DNA of 64,000 bases, from assembly GCA_040954595.2 (NCBI GenBank), contig CM082589.2:8440232-8504231 (forward strand), written 5' to 3'. Below the pieces are notes generated by a model that saw only the letters and a list, made by a program, of their open reading frames with translations, ran no database searches and was not told the DNA's origin. The position numbers and the translations under genes are program-made. This DNA comes from Balanoglossus misakiensis. Lineage: Eukaryota > Animalia > Hemichordata. Shown in pieces: positions 34,608 to 45,502 of this stretch (its first letter is position 1; every line of letters starts with the position of its first letter).

Positions 34608-37076
34608 TTACATGTTATTCATGAATTCTCCAACTGTCCGGGTCGCCATGATAACCGACCAACGAGCGAGATCAACCAAATTAACAACGTGTGTGTCAGG
34701 GCCGATTTTGATTTCTTCTTCTGAACTAAGTTCTTTTCGGTGTTTGTGGCGATTGGCAATTTCAAATAGAAACCTCAGCTGGATGTTTTCGGCCTTGTGA
34801 CCTGGCTGTAAAGTAACTAAAAAATTGAATAATTCGCAGAATTTCACACGAAAGCCAATCCACTGATACTCTTTACTATGTTGGCCCTCTAATGTCCGCT
34901 GCAAGTTTATTTCCACATTCTTATCTTGTATGTAGAAAAAATTGCAATGGTGTTTCTTTGGATCCCTTGAGTAATGGTGTTCCTGAAAATCACCCATTAT
35001 TCTATCAAGTGTATTTCTTGCCTCCAGTATAACGTCGGCCGCACGACGAACTTGGTGTACATCGCCGCGGTCGTCGCCGCCTCCGTCGACGCCGGAAAAA
35101 CTGAGCAGTTCGACGTGCTTGGTGCACAAATTTTGTAGGCGTTTCGCGTGTCTCATGACAACACCGTCGAACTTGGTTTGCAGTTCCGCGTAACGCGATG
35201 CGCCGTCCTCGTCGCCGGTATGTGAACTGCAGCCCGGCGCTAAAGCTGACATCGTTTTCGATCTGAGAAGGCGCTTGACTTTGGCGCAGTCCTCGAACCA
35301 GCTGTGATCAAACATTTCACTTTCAGGACAAGAATTTAACATCTCAAGAAGGCTCAGTGATCCCTCAACACTATAAAAATCAACCGCTTTCGAAAATTCC
35401 GCCCTTGCTTCTTTCACGTTGCCGTCAGTTTTATGATCCCACCCTTTCAAACAATGGAGTCTGCCTTGCAATTTCCCATATTCCTCCACGTTGTAAGCCC
35501 GTATCTTATCTATATACTCCCTCGACTTACAAATGTTGTCCGTTTGCAAATACAAGTTTGCCAGCGCCATTTCGATACGTCGTACCTCGGTCGAATCCGA
35601 GTGCAGATACGCTTGCTCATAATAGAAACACGCACTCCCCACACACCCGCTCCTTTCATACACCCACCCCAGTAATTCAAGCGAATGCGTATCTTTATTA
35701 TTTTGAACCAACAATGTATTCAAAATCCCAATCAGTCGTTTCTCAGCCTGCGTACTAGACCAAGAATCTCTCTCGGCCCTCAGGGCTTCTTGGTATTGTA
35801 CGATTGCATCCTTGTTTTCATTTCTGTACTCTAGAAATTTTCCAAAGTAGAAATGCGCAGAGGCTTTGTCAATACTATCTTCCGTTTCAGTAAGCTCCGA
35901 ATACAGTTGGCGAGCTTTGTCGACTTCACCGCAAAGAGAGTATAAGAAAGCCCTCTCACATTTTACCACGAAATTACGTTTATCATTTTCCAAGGCCCGT
36001 TCACAATAATCAACAGCTTTGTTTACATGTAAATGATCCCGCTTCTTTGTCTTTAGAAAGCGTGATTTGTATACAAGTGCAAGCTGGTGTAGTGCGAAGA
36101 CGGATTTTGGTTCAATGGTCAGAACTTTTTCGAGAACATCGACGGCTTTCTGGAGATTATCACTCTTTTGGTGCGCCTCGCCTAAACGCTGCAACATGAT
36201 GGTGTTTCCCCCCGCCTCTTTGATTGCAAGTTGGAAATGCCAATCGGCTTCCAAGCGCGACCCCTTTTCGAGTAGTCTCCTCCCCAGAAACACCCTGGCT
36301 AAGCTATGGTTTGGGTCTAAGGCCAACAGCTTTCGCAGCAATTTCTCTTCTTTGGTGACAGCTGAGCCGGGCTTGCCCCTGTCGCCGCCTTCCCGAGTGC
36401 GGTGTTCTGTCTTGGCCACCAGCCGAGTGTAAGCATACAACCAAGCCACTTTCTCGGGGTAAACCTCAAACGCTTCCTCGTAAAGTGAGATAGCGCCCCC
36501 GAATTTCGTGGGACTGAACCACCCCATAGCAAATGCCTGGTGGGCTTTCAGATACGCCTTAGCATTGCCTGAAAGGCTGCCAAACATGTTTTTCAAACAC
36601 GAAAAGGTTTCTTGGGATTCTGATGCTCTACCCTGCTTGAATAAAATCCAGGCTTTATCCGCCAACAAGACGGCTGTGTCTCCACAGGGACCATCATCCC
36701 CAAGTTTCACCTGTTTCTTTTCTCTCTCGTTGTCTTCCAACGCTTCATTCAGCCACTTGAGAGCCTCGACTAAATCTTTTGATACAAACAGATAGGCCTT
36801 CAGGGCCTTTCCTGGTACAGGTGTCTGTTCGGGGTAATCTCTTAAATCGGCATCGATGTAGTCCATTAACTTCTGCAAGAGAGAACAACACAAAGAACAC
36901 GATATATATTTTTGTGACTACAATTTCGTGGAATTTTCTCTACTTCAACGTTTTTCAATACAGACTGTATCTGTGTACTGACATAGGCCTACCTCCGTTG
37001 TTCGGTAGCATTTGTCTTCCAAATTCCAGGTGAAATGGCACGGGTATCGCTTGAGTTCTTCCCCAACATTCAACAT
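34608..37076 (-). CDS. IFIT-like TPR protein (paralog B, ~782 aa) with C-terminal HEPN-like domain (N-R-H-K-H-R)
   Basis: Exon 37076-36993 (MLNVGEELKRYPCHFTWNL) splices in phase 0 to exon 36872-34608, at the same intron position as paralog A. IFIT-like segments include ADKAWIL, LRKLLALDPNHSLARVFLG, PKSVFALHQLA, AHFYFGKFLEY and DTHSLELLGWVY..YYEQA. The C-terminus reads EARNTLDRI..NFF..LVTLQPG..LFEIANRHKHR. Confidence 0.85.
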
Positions 37077-37154
37077 TCTGCAGGGTGGGAATAAATTGAT
37101 AACATATAAGCAGGGGTTTGGTATGGCAAGCCTCAGGGATCTTAAGTATAGCAA

Positions 37155-37713
37155 TAGTAGTATACAATGTTGAAGTAGTACGATTATATTTTGATTCGTT
37201 AATATATTATAATAAATAGTAGTATATAATGTTGAAGTAGTACGATTATATTTTGATTCGTTAATATATTATAAATAAATAGTAGTATATAATGTTGAAG
37301 TAGTACGATTATATTTTGATTCGTTAATATATTATAAATAAATAGTAGTATATAATGTTGAGGTAGTACGATTATATTTTGATTCGTTAATATATTATAA
37401 ATAAATAGTAGTATATAATGTTGAAGTAGTACGATTATATTTTGATTCGTTAATATATTATAAATAAATAGTAGTATATAATGTTGAAGTAGTACGATTA
37501 TATTTTGATTCGTTAATATATTATAAATAAATAGTAGTATATAATGTTGAAGTAGTACGATTATATTTTGATTCGTTAATATATTATAAATAAATAGTAG
37601 TATATAATGTTGAAGTAGTACGATTATATTTTGATTCGTTAATATATTATAAATAAATAGTAGTATATAATGTTGAAGTAGTACGATTATATTTTGATTC
37701 GTTAATATATTAT
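37155..37713. repeat. 63-bp minisatellite array (~9 copies), left TIR
   Basis: GTTGA(A/G)GTAGTACG recurs at 37169, 37231, 37294, 37357 ... 37672. Confidence 0.95.
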
Positions 37714-38189
37714 GATACTTTGCTAGTATTATTATTATTTACTTGTTTACAACCTTCACTTCCACCTCACCAGAGGGCGCACAATTTTTGCTGTCGGCCA
37801 TTTTCCGTGTTTTCCGTTTGTTTTGTGCGTCTCAGTCGCAGTCGAATGAGATGGACATCGAGGCAATATTGCAGGAGATAAATTTGGCAATGAGCGGGTT
37901 GAAGCTGCCACCGTTCTTTCCATGACGGAAGGGGAAATAAAGAGCTTGGGAGTTACAAGAGCAGGTGATCGAGTGCGACTCCGAAACCTTTGCAAGGAAG
38001 CAACTCAGCCGTCACCGGCCTAGCTCTGCGTACAGGTCTGTGTGTTCCCGGCGTTACACGGCCTCCACCACAGCCCTGCAAGGCGCCATAGAAAAAACTG
38101 GTGCTTCTGCGGTCCGGATCCGGACTGCAGCTTTTTCGGCCGAAATTCGATTTTATCCAAGCAAAATCCTTTACCTGTCTACTTCTGCC

Positions 38190-38403
38190 CCCTAACCGAC
38201 TCCAAATATGATGCGATTAACTTGTCCTAACGTCCGAACCGCTCGCTTTCTAAAACTTTTTTGTTTACCCATGGAGATAAACTCGCTGTAAGCTTTATAT
38301 TTAATATGGCGATCTCAACATGTAAACACACAAAAATGAATCAAACGCGAGTGGTTCGGACGTTAGGACAAGTTAATCGCATCATATTTGGAGTCGGTTA
38401 GGG
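38190..38403. mobile_element. Small hairpin MITE with ~50-bp perfect TIRs nested in the fold-back element
   Basis: CCCTAACCGACTCCAAATATGATGCGATTAACTTGTCCTAACGTCCGAACC and its exact reverse complement. Confidence 0.7.
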
Positions 38404-39099
38404 ACCGTTCAGTTTTTACGGCCTGGGGGGGGGGGGGCGGCAAAATCCAGGGGGGGGGGGGTCACTTGAATTTTGAAGTCCACAAGGGGGGGGTCATCTG
38501 GTTTTTTTAAACGTTTAGGGGGGGGGTCACATACTTTCGCCACCGAACTTTTGCTTTTGAGTCCACAAAATTGCAGTTTCGCACCCTTTATTTTACCCCC
38601 TCCCACACCCACCCCCTTCATTATCCGCCACATGTCATTTTTTGCTGGTTTGTCTAGTGAACCAGGCCAGAGTGCTTGCCACCCCAAACCCACCGATGAT
38701 AAAATTTAACAAAGTGAATACATAAGGGACCGTTCAGTTTTTACGGCAGGGGGGGGGGGGCAAGTTTGTGTCATCGGTTCTCAAAATCAGGCCGACCCCC
38801 CCTTCACCCAGGACCAAAAAATGATGCCCCCCCTTTGACAGACCCAAAAATATGATGACCCCCCCCCACGCCCAAAACATTCGCCGTCCTGATCCTATGT
38901 ACACTGTATGCAATAAAGGGAATGAGGCTCCTGACACCCCAATTATAAATTTCTTAAAGTATTATTGAAGTATATAATAGTATATCGTTGCAATAAAGAA
39001 ATCTATGAACAAATCAAAATGACAAGTCAATACAATTATAGTTGCTAGAATCGGTAAAACAAGAAAAGTGCCGGGGGTGGGTGTGGGAGGGGGTGTCGT

Positions 39100-39448
39100 A
39101 TATAATCGTACTACTTCAACATTATATACTACTATTTATTTATAATATATTAACGAATCAAAATATAATCGTACTACTTCAACATAATATACTACTATTT
39201 ATTTATAATATATTAACGAATCAAAATATAATCGTACTACTTCAACATTATATACTACTATTTATTTATAATATATTAACGAATCAAAATATAATCGTAC
39301 TACTTCAACATAATATACTACTATTTATTTATAATATATTAACGAATCAAAATATAATCGTACTACTTCAACATTATATACTACTATTTATTATAATATA
39401 TTAACGAATCAAAATATAATCGTACTACTTCAACATTATATACTACTA
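39100..39448. repeat. 63-bp minisatellite array (~6 copies), right TIR, inverted
   Basis: CGTACTACTTCAAC at 39107, 39170, 39233, 39296, 39359 and 39421. Confidence 0.95.
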
Positions 39449-40119
39449 TTGCTATACTTAAGACCCCTGAGGCTTGCCATAGGTTTGGGGCACCAATCTA
39501 ATATTCTTCGATATCAAATGACGTCAGACGCGCTCAGGCGGCAGTTATGTTTGCATTCAAATTTCCAGATGACGGGCAACTTCAGCAACGTGGTCCAAAC
39601 AAAGACTGTACAGACGAAACTCTATGAGGCTGATAAGGCATTATACCTGATACATGTTACGTGTCTGGCGGTTTTACAGTAAAAACATAATCGGAAAAAC
39701 TTTTACTGGATGCCGAAATATTGCTTGCCCGTCACCTGGAAATGACGACGCCGTGGGTCACATAGCCAGATCACGTGATTGAAAGTAAAGAATTACAAAG
39801 AACCTGCCTTCATGTGTGTTATCTCTTAAACACCTTGTGACGTTGTTCAAAGGGTTCTGTGTTTGTATATTTGACTATTTAAACATGTTGAATTATACTT
39901 CAATACTTCCATCGTCCATTTTTGGTCAATACCAAAAACTATGTCGAAGTGCTATTCACATATGATGAGCATGTACATGTATGTGTATGGATGTTTACTT
40001 GCATTTCACATGATTCGAAATCGCGTCGTCTTGTGTTACTTATATACATGTAATCGTAGGCCTACACGCAGCAAGGAAGTCAGCGCACAAAATCTATCAA
40101 CATAGAGTCTTTCGCTTAC

Positions 40120-40350
40120 CTCGAATTCTGGCGGATACAGTATTTAAAAGATTTCCTTTTGGTGCGTGTGTTACAAAAATTAACCGTCGTTCGTAATTCT
40201 CTCCGACAACAAAGTATTAAAACGATAAGCACTCTACTGTTTAGGTCTTTCGGTTCGAATACACAGAAATGTGGAATTTCCGAGAATGAGGCCACTCAAG
40301 TCACCCAGACCTTGCTGTGTTCTACACTGCGCATGCGCGGAAATACCTGG
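40120..40350 (-). promoter_or_regulatory. Putative promoter and non-coding first exon of IFIT-like paralog B
   Basis: Minus-strand donor GAG|GTAAGC at 40120/40119, NRF1-type TGCGCATGCGC (40328-40338), kB-like TGGAATTTCC (40272-40281) and IRF-like GAACCGAAA (40248-40256). Paralog A has a comparable donor at 33172 and GCGCATGTGC at ~33352. Confidence 0.4.
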
Positions 40351-41208
40351 ATAGTGATACGCAGAACGCGGTTTTCCAGCAACAAGGACAATGCATGTAT
40401 TTTCTGAATTATATTCTTGAGTTCCCAGACCCAGACATTGTACCCAAAAATATTTTATCGTGATCTGTGTACATCCCATTTATAATAAGTAAATGAGCTA
40501 ATGTTACATGTGAATCAAGCTTACAACTCATTCATGGTATATGTAGATCAGGGCCAGGCCGAGGTAACCCGCGACTCAACTATGCCACATTTTGCTATGC
40601 TTCAGCAAATATTGGACTGGATTTTGTTTGTGTCACAAATCAGTGCCATTTTGTGTGCAGTTCTACTTTTTGCGTCATCGTATGTCGACTTTAAATAAAT
40701 GAAACTTTTTAAATTAGTGACATATTTCCTAAATTACTGCACCCATTTTGATAAAACGTTCGACTGATATTGATCTAACAGACAACTAACTGTGCCGTGA
40801 GTCATATAGAAATGTCATGTTAATTACCTGCTAATTTGAATATGTAACTAACTTTGGTAATAACAGTATCACTATAAATCCTAATAACATAAGAATTACA
40901 TGTTTTGTAATAAGTGTGTCACTCTTAAAATTTAATTTTTTTATGTAAATGTTCTGTATTGTGCGATTACGCTAATCAATGCGATTGCACGCAAAGTAAC
41001 TGTTTGTGTTAGATTTTAGTTATTTAAAGGTACATGGTAACCCCCAATTTACATATGTCCGTAAAGGGCCAAACTGGCGTATCTGAGTGTTCTAAAGAAC
41101 ATATGGTGGCGCTTTTTTGCGTGTTTGTAACTATGTGTATTGATAAAGACGTGAATTTAATGACGTTTTATGTAGAATAACGTTCTTTTCTATCTTATGA
41201 ATGAACAG

Positions 41209-41728
41209 ATCCTCCACAATATAAACAACCAGTGGGGGAGTTTATTGAAATGCAGCCCAATTTTAACAAAAATGCAAGAGTTACATTAGCATGGGCAAAG
41301 ACCAATCAGCCAACCAGGTAAGAGTAATATTAGAGACGGACATACAAATATACATGTACATATATTAGAATTAGGATCAGACTACAGCCAATGTCAAAGA
41401 CAGCACGAACAGCCAGACAGACAGACGGACCGACAGACAGACAGACATATAGGCATGATGTTTACTGAAATGAAGGCAGTCATATGAACTGTGAGTGAAA
41501 AATTATTTTTTTTAAATATAAAACTACATAATTTTGATGAGGTAAGTTTAGAGGACTGTATAGTAGTATCGGTAGATCAAATTATAACATAACAATACTT
41601 GACTTACTGATAGATTGATTTGATGGCAATATTGGTCGAAAATAAACCTCTGGGCCAATTTCCAATATTAATCTGTACTTTTCAGGAATGACACCCAAAT
41701 GACGACGTTGTCAGAGAAGAGCAAGTAA
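41209..41728 (+). CDS. Two small candidate terminal coding exons, possibly the 3' end of the TRPM-like gene
   Basis: 41209-41317 (AG..GTAAG, open in phase 1->2: DPPQYKQPVGEFIEMQPNFNKNARVTLAWAKTNQPT) and 41686-41728 (NDTQMTTLSEKSK*). The phases match the phase-1 donor at 27720. No homology was recognised. Confidence 0.35.
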
Positions 41729-42228
41729 ATAGATTGCAGAGAAAATAGTTCAATGGTCAAAAACCCTAAACTCCCATCCTGGTATTTTGGCGGTATCTGG
41801 TATTCACAAATCGACATTTTGGTGTGAGAGAAAAAACATATTTTGCCTCAAAATGCGCTACATTGATGATAAACATGCATATATGTACACATTTGGTGAA
41901 CATGGCCGATTGAGTAAACTGATGAGTCATTCCGACAAAAGTCACCAGGATGTAAGGTTCTTCAGGGTTCTTGAAATGGCCTATAGTAGAATATCTTGAA
42001 CAACCAGAGGCAAATACTATCGCGTGTGTTCAGTAAATGCACGAAGATTAGATTACTATGCCGAGTCTGATGATATCCATGACGTCACAGGAGCATAGCT
42101 GCCAGGAAAATATATACATTACGTAAAACTTGAAACCCCAAACTGTATGCGGTAAATAAGATAAATTCGTGGAAAAAAGAATGTCAGCGTTAATAGCAAT
42201 ATGCAACCCGTTTCGATTTAAATGTTAA

Positions 42229-42551
42229 AGGGACAAAGTCTCTCTCTCGCTGCCCTTTATCAATTAATCATACAAGACGCCATTTATGTTAATTTACATG
42301 TGGATATATAGTGAACGAATGTTAAACTACACACACCTTCCATCCCGCTTGTAAACACGTGAGTGAAAAACTTGCCAAATGAATAATCAGAGTTTACCAT
42401 TTATTCATTTTGGCGAGATTTTACTCTCATATCCTACAAACGGGATTGAAGGTGTGTGTGGTTGAACGTTCATTCACTACATTAACATTACGGTGTCTTG
42501 TATCAAACATATTTAATGGGTAAAGTGCAGCAATAGAGAGACTTTGTCCCT
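42229..42551. mobile_element. AGGGACAAAG-family MITE, copy 2
   Basis: TIRs and TTAA TSD (42225-42228, 42552-42555). Confidence 0.85.
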
Positions 42552-42899
42552 TTAATGTTTTCTACGCTGATTTTGCACGAACAATGACAATTGTAAATAT
42601 TCCAGAAAATGTATATAAAAGTACCTGTAAATGGAACTATGTTTATGTAACAGGAATGAAATCTCGAACAAAATAATAAGGTTCGTGTTGTAAAATGCAA
42701 CGGCCTTTCTGTAAATAATTACTGGCAAATGAGGAGAATGTGACATTTATGTAACATGATTTGTGTCATATAGTGTAGGCTTTTTCAACGAGTGTGCAGT
42801 ACTCTTTGAGTAATGTACATAATATAAATAGTGAAATTTAAAGTTTTAAAAGGGGAATATTGTTTCTAGATTTGTCAATCAAACATAGCTCGTGGGAAC

Positions 42900-43048
42900 T
42901 ACGTAACTTATTGAGGCCAATCCGTGAAAAAAATAAAACGAGATTAAAAGTCGTAATTATGAGTTTTTAAACTCGTAGTTACGAGAATAAAAACTCGTAA
43001 ATTACGAGATTTTTTTGTTTACAAATTGGCCTCAATAAGCTTCCGTAT
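42900..43048. mobile_element. Short MITE with internal ~22-bp repeats
   Basis: TACGTAACTTATTGAGGCCAAT / ATTGGCCTCAATAAGCTTCCGTA inverted ends, with internal repeated TCGTA..TTACGAGA. Confidence 0.6.
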
Positions 43049-43553
43049 GAGAACAAACCCCATGCATTAAATTTAAATCCTATAATGTAAGCAATACTAA
43101 TTGTGTTTTAGCAACTGACCCGTGATGCGAGATAATCAAGCAAATAATACTGCAAGAAGGCAGGGAAATGTACACATTATGTTTTTTTATATTTTGAAGG
43201 CAAGTGAAAATTCCTTAGGTTTTCCAGACTAGTGTACTTGTATACCCCAAATAGAAGGGCAACAGCATACAGGAAGCATATCACACGTTTATTGGACAGA
43301 ATGATGTGAAATTAACGGTACTGTTTTTAGATTTTGTTTTGTGTAAATTGTTATTTCACAAGAATATATAAATAAATCATCATGTTAAGTTCACTGATGA
43401 ATGGGGTGTGTGTATTATACATGTATATGTCTACATCGGCCATCGCCACAGCCCGCGGAGTTCAAATGTATTGAATTTGATCAGGGTCGACTTGAAAAAT
43501 CGCCGTTTTCCATTCGTTTTATCGGTTGGTAGATCAAGTGAAGCCCAAATTAA

Positions 43554-44057
43554 AGGCACGTAAGCTGCAACTTTTGGGATAATTTTCATAATTTTTGTTT
43601 CAAACTGCACTACCATAAGTCCATGCAGATGAAGGTAGTGAACAATACACAAGCATTATAAACCCTAAATATGAGTGCATATGAAAGTTTTAACCAGATA
43701 AATAATAAACCTTTGCCGCAAGCGATTATGGCCGCCACCGTGGGAAAATGCAAGAAACAATGAAAATGTTGCATTTCCGGTTATGAAACTTCATAAACAA
43801 AACATGATCTCATCCACTTGAGCTCATGGAAGTAAATGTACACCACTGAGACATCAGATTTTCATTTTTCATTGCAATATTGCACTTTTTTTAAAATTGC
43901 AGGAATTTTCGTTTTTCTTTAATTTTTGGCCATTTTTTCATAAATAAGTGTTGATCTTGATATATTATCATGAAATATCATTTAATAGACATAATTAAAA
44001 GCATATATGAGATTATTTAAAACTTTCATTTTTTATCCAGTTGCAGCTCATGTACCT
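43554..44057. mobile_element. TTAA-flanked MITE (AGCTGCAACT family)
   Basis: AGGCACGTAAGCTGCAACT / AGTTGCAGCTCATGTACCT with TTAA flanks. Related single ends occur at 1122 and ~60700. Confidence 0.75.
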
Positions 44058-45502
44058 TTAAATGAGTAAGATAGATTTCAGTGCCTATATGGTGGCACGT
44101 TTCAATCGATCGCTGGTGGATGGGGTGTTTTTTCCGGGCCTCGAAGGTGGCCGATCAGCCTGGATCGCCGGGCTGGGGCATCTCGATTCTGCCGTTGCCG
44201 TAAGACAGGGGCGACACTCGGCGACCACATGACGTTTGGCGACCTATAGATTATCTTTTATCACCATCACCATCCTGTGCTAACTGATTGAGGGCGCCTC
44301 ATTGTAAGAGTCTTGTAGCGGACGGTGGGCTGTGAGACAGTCTGGAACTACTTGTATGCATTATGACTATAGGCCTATGAGGTAGTCTGTTGAAGCTTTT
44401 GGAAAGGTGATGTTAGCGAGAACGGCGAGGTTTTTGTCAAATAACTACAAACGAACTGTTTTCTTCATATTTTGATATCTGATTGTGTACGAAATATTCA
44501 CTGTATAAAAATGGTGCTGATTTCAGAAACTGCAGTCTGAATGACCTCGTAAGGCGAAATTGCCATTTGGCAACTTTTTGCCCCAAATGATCATTTTTAG
44601 AAAAGGGTTAAAAACAAACCGTTTTTTCCACATTCAGTGACCTGATGATATATGAACAGTCCATTGTGTGTTAAAAGTGGTGACGATTCCAAAAAAGCAG
44701 TGTCATTGACCCCACTCTTGACAAAAATTGCAATTTTGGCAACTGCATTGCCGTGTAACTGTGCAGTCACCGCACGCAGCTCTGTTGACGACGTACGTAC
44801 GTCACGGTGCGATCATTCAACGATCCCGAACTGGTAAACATTTCGGTTTTAGCCATTAGATTTCAGATTTTCGACGTCTCCTTCAAGTTCCATGCATGGC
44901 TCTATGCACATAACTGAAATATATACATAAATTCAGCAAAATTAAAATGGGGTCGCAAAAACTTTGCCAAAGTTTGTTGGTATAATGCATTAGCTTATAT
45001 AAATTTCTTTTTATGGTAAAGTTTGGCAAGTCTTTGTTCGGTTACTGGTAACTGTAATCCATGTCGTAGAGGGCGTCATTGACGGGAACTGTGGACGAAT
45101 CCAGGGGACGGAATCACATTATTCTCGGTACGGTCGTATGATCATTACTGCAAGTTTCTGCTCGCCGTTACTGTTCCTTATTTGTCTCACAAACACCCAA
45201 TAAATAAACCACCAAGCCATGCCAGATCTTGCAGGCAGGGTCTTGGGTTCGGAATGTTTTTAGTATTGTCTTGACTCACAATGAGTAAGCATCCATCCCT
45301 ATCATCATGACTTGGCACTTTTTGTATACCAGTGCTCACAACCGATACAAGGGCGTGGCACCCCCGTGCTTCTTACGGCACTCGTACCCAGAGAAGGTCG
45401 ACAACACTTATGTCATTGAACGCTGGGGTCATTGGATGTAAAAGAGTCACCGCAGTCTTGTTATCGATCAAGCTAGTTCGGTCTGTGAAAACTTCGAGTA
45501 AC

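Larger units (their letters stand above)
37122..39481. mobile_element. Fold-back transposon with minisatellite-containing long TIRs and 7-bp TSD (P-superfamily/Galileo-like)
   Basis: Termini TATGGCAAGCCTCAGGG / CCCTGAGGCTTGCCATA, with GGTTTGG duplicated at 37115-37121 and 39482-39488. There are inverted 63-bp tandem arrays (~9 copies left, ~6 right), a THAP-like degenerate frame at 37850-38060 and nested MITEs. Confidence 0.8.

Noticed and set aside
29221-36893. Bacterial contamination or recent HGT for the long single-exon TPR ORFs
   Set aside because: Both have spliceosomal introns at the same position and IFIT-type N-terminal exons, and they are embedded among host repeats.
37155-37713. 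Regular array that could be mistaken for CRISPR
   Set aside because: The units are identical head-to-tail 63-mers with no unique spacers, and they are mirrored at 39100-39448 as a transposon TIR. The context is eukaryotic.
39042-39404. Hydrophobic 21-aa repeat ORF
   Set aside because: It is a by-product of the 63-bp minisatellite.
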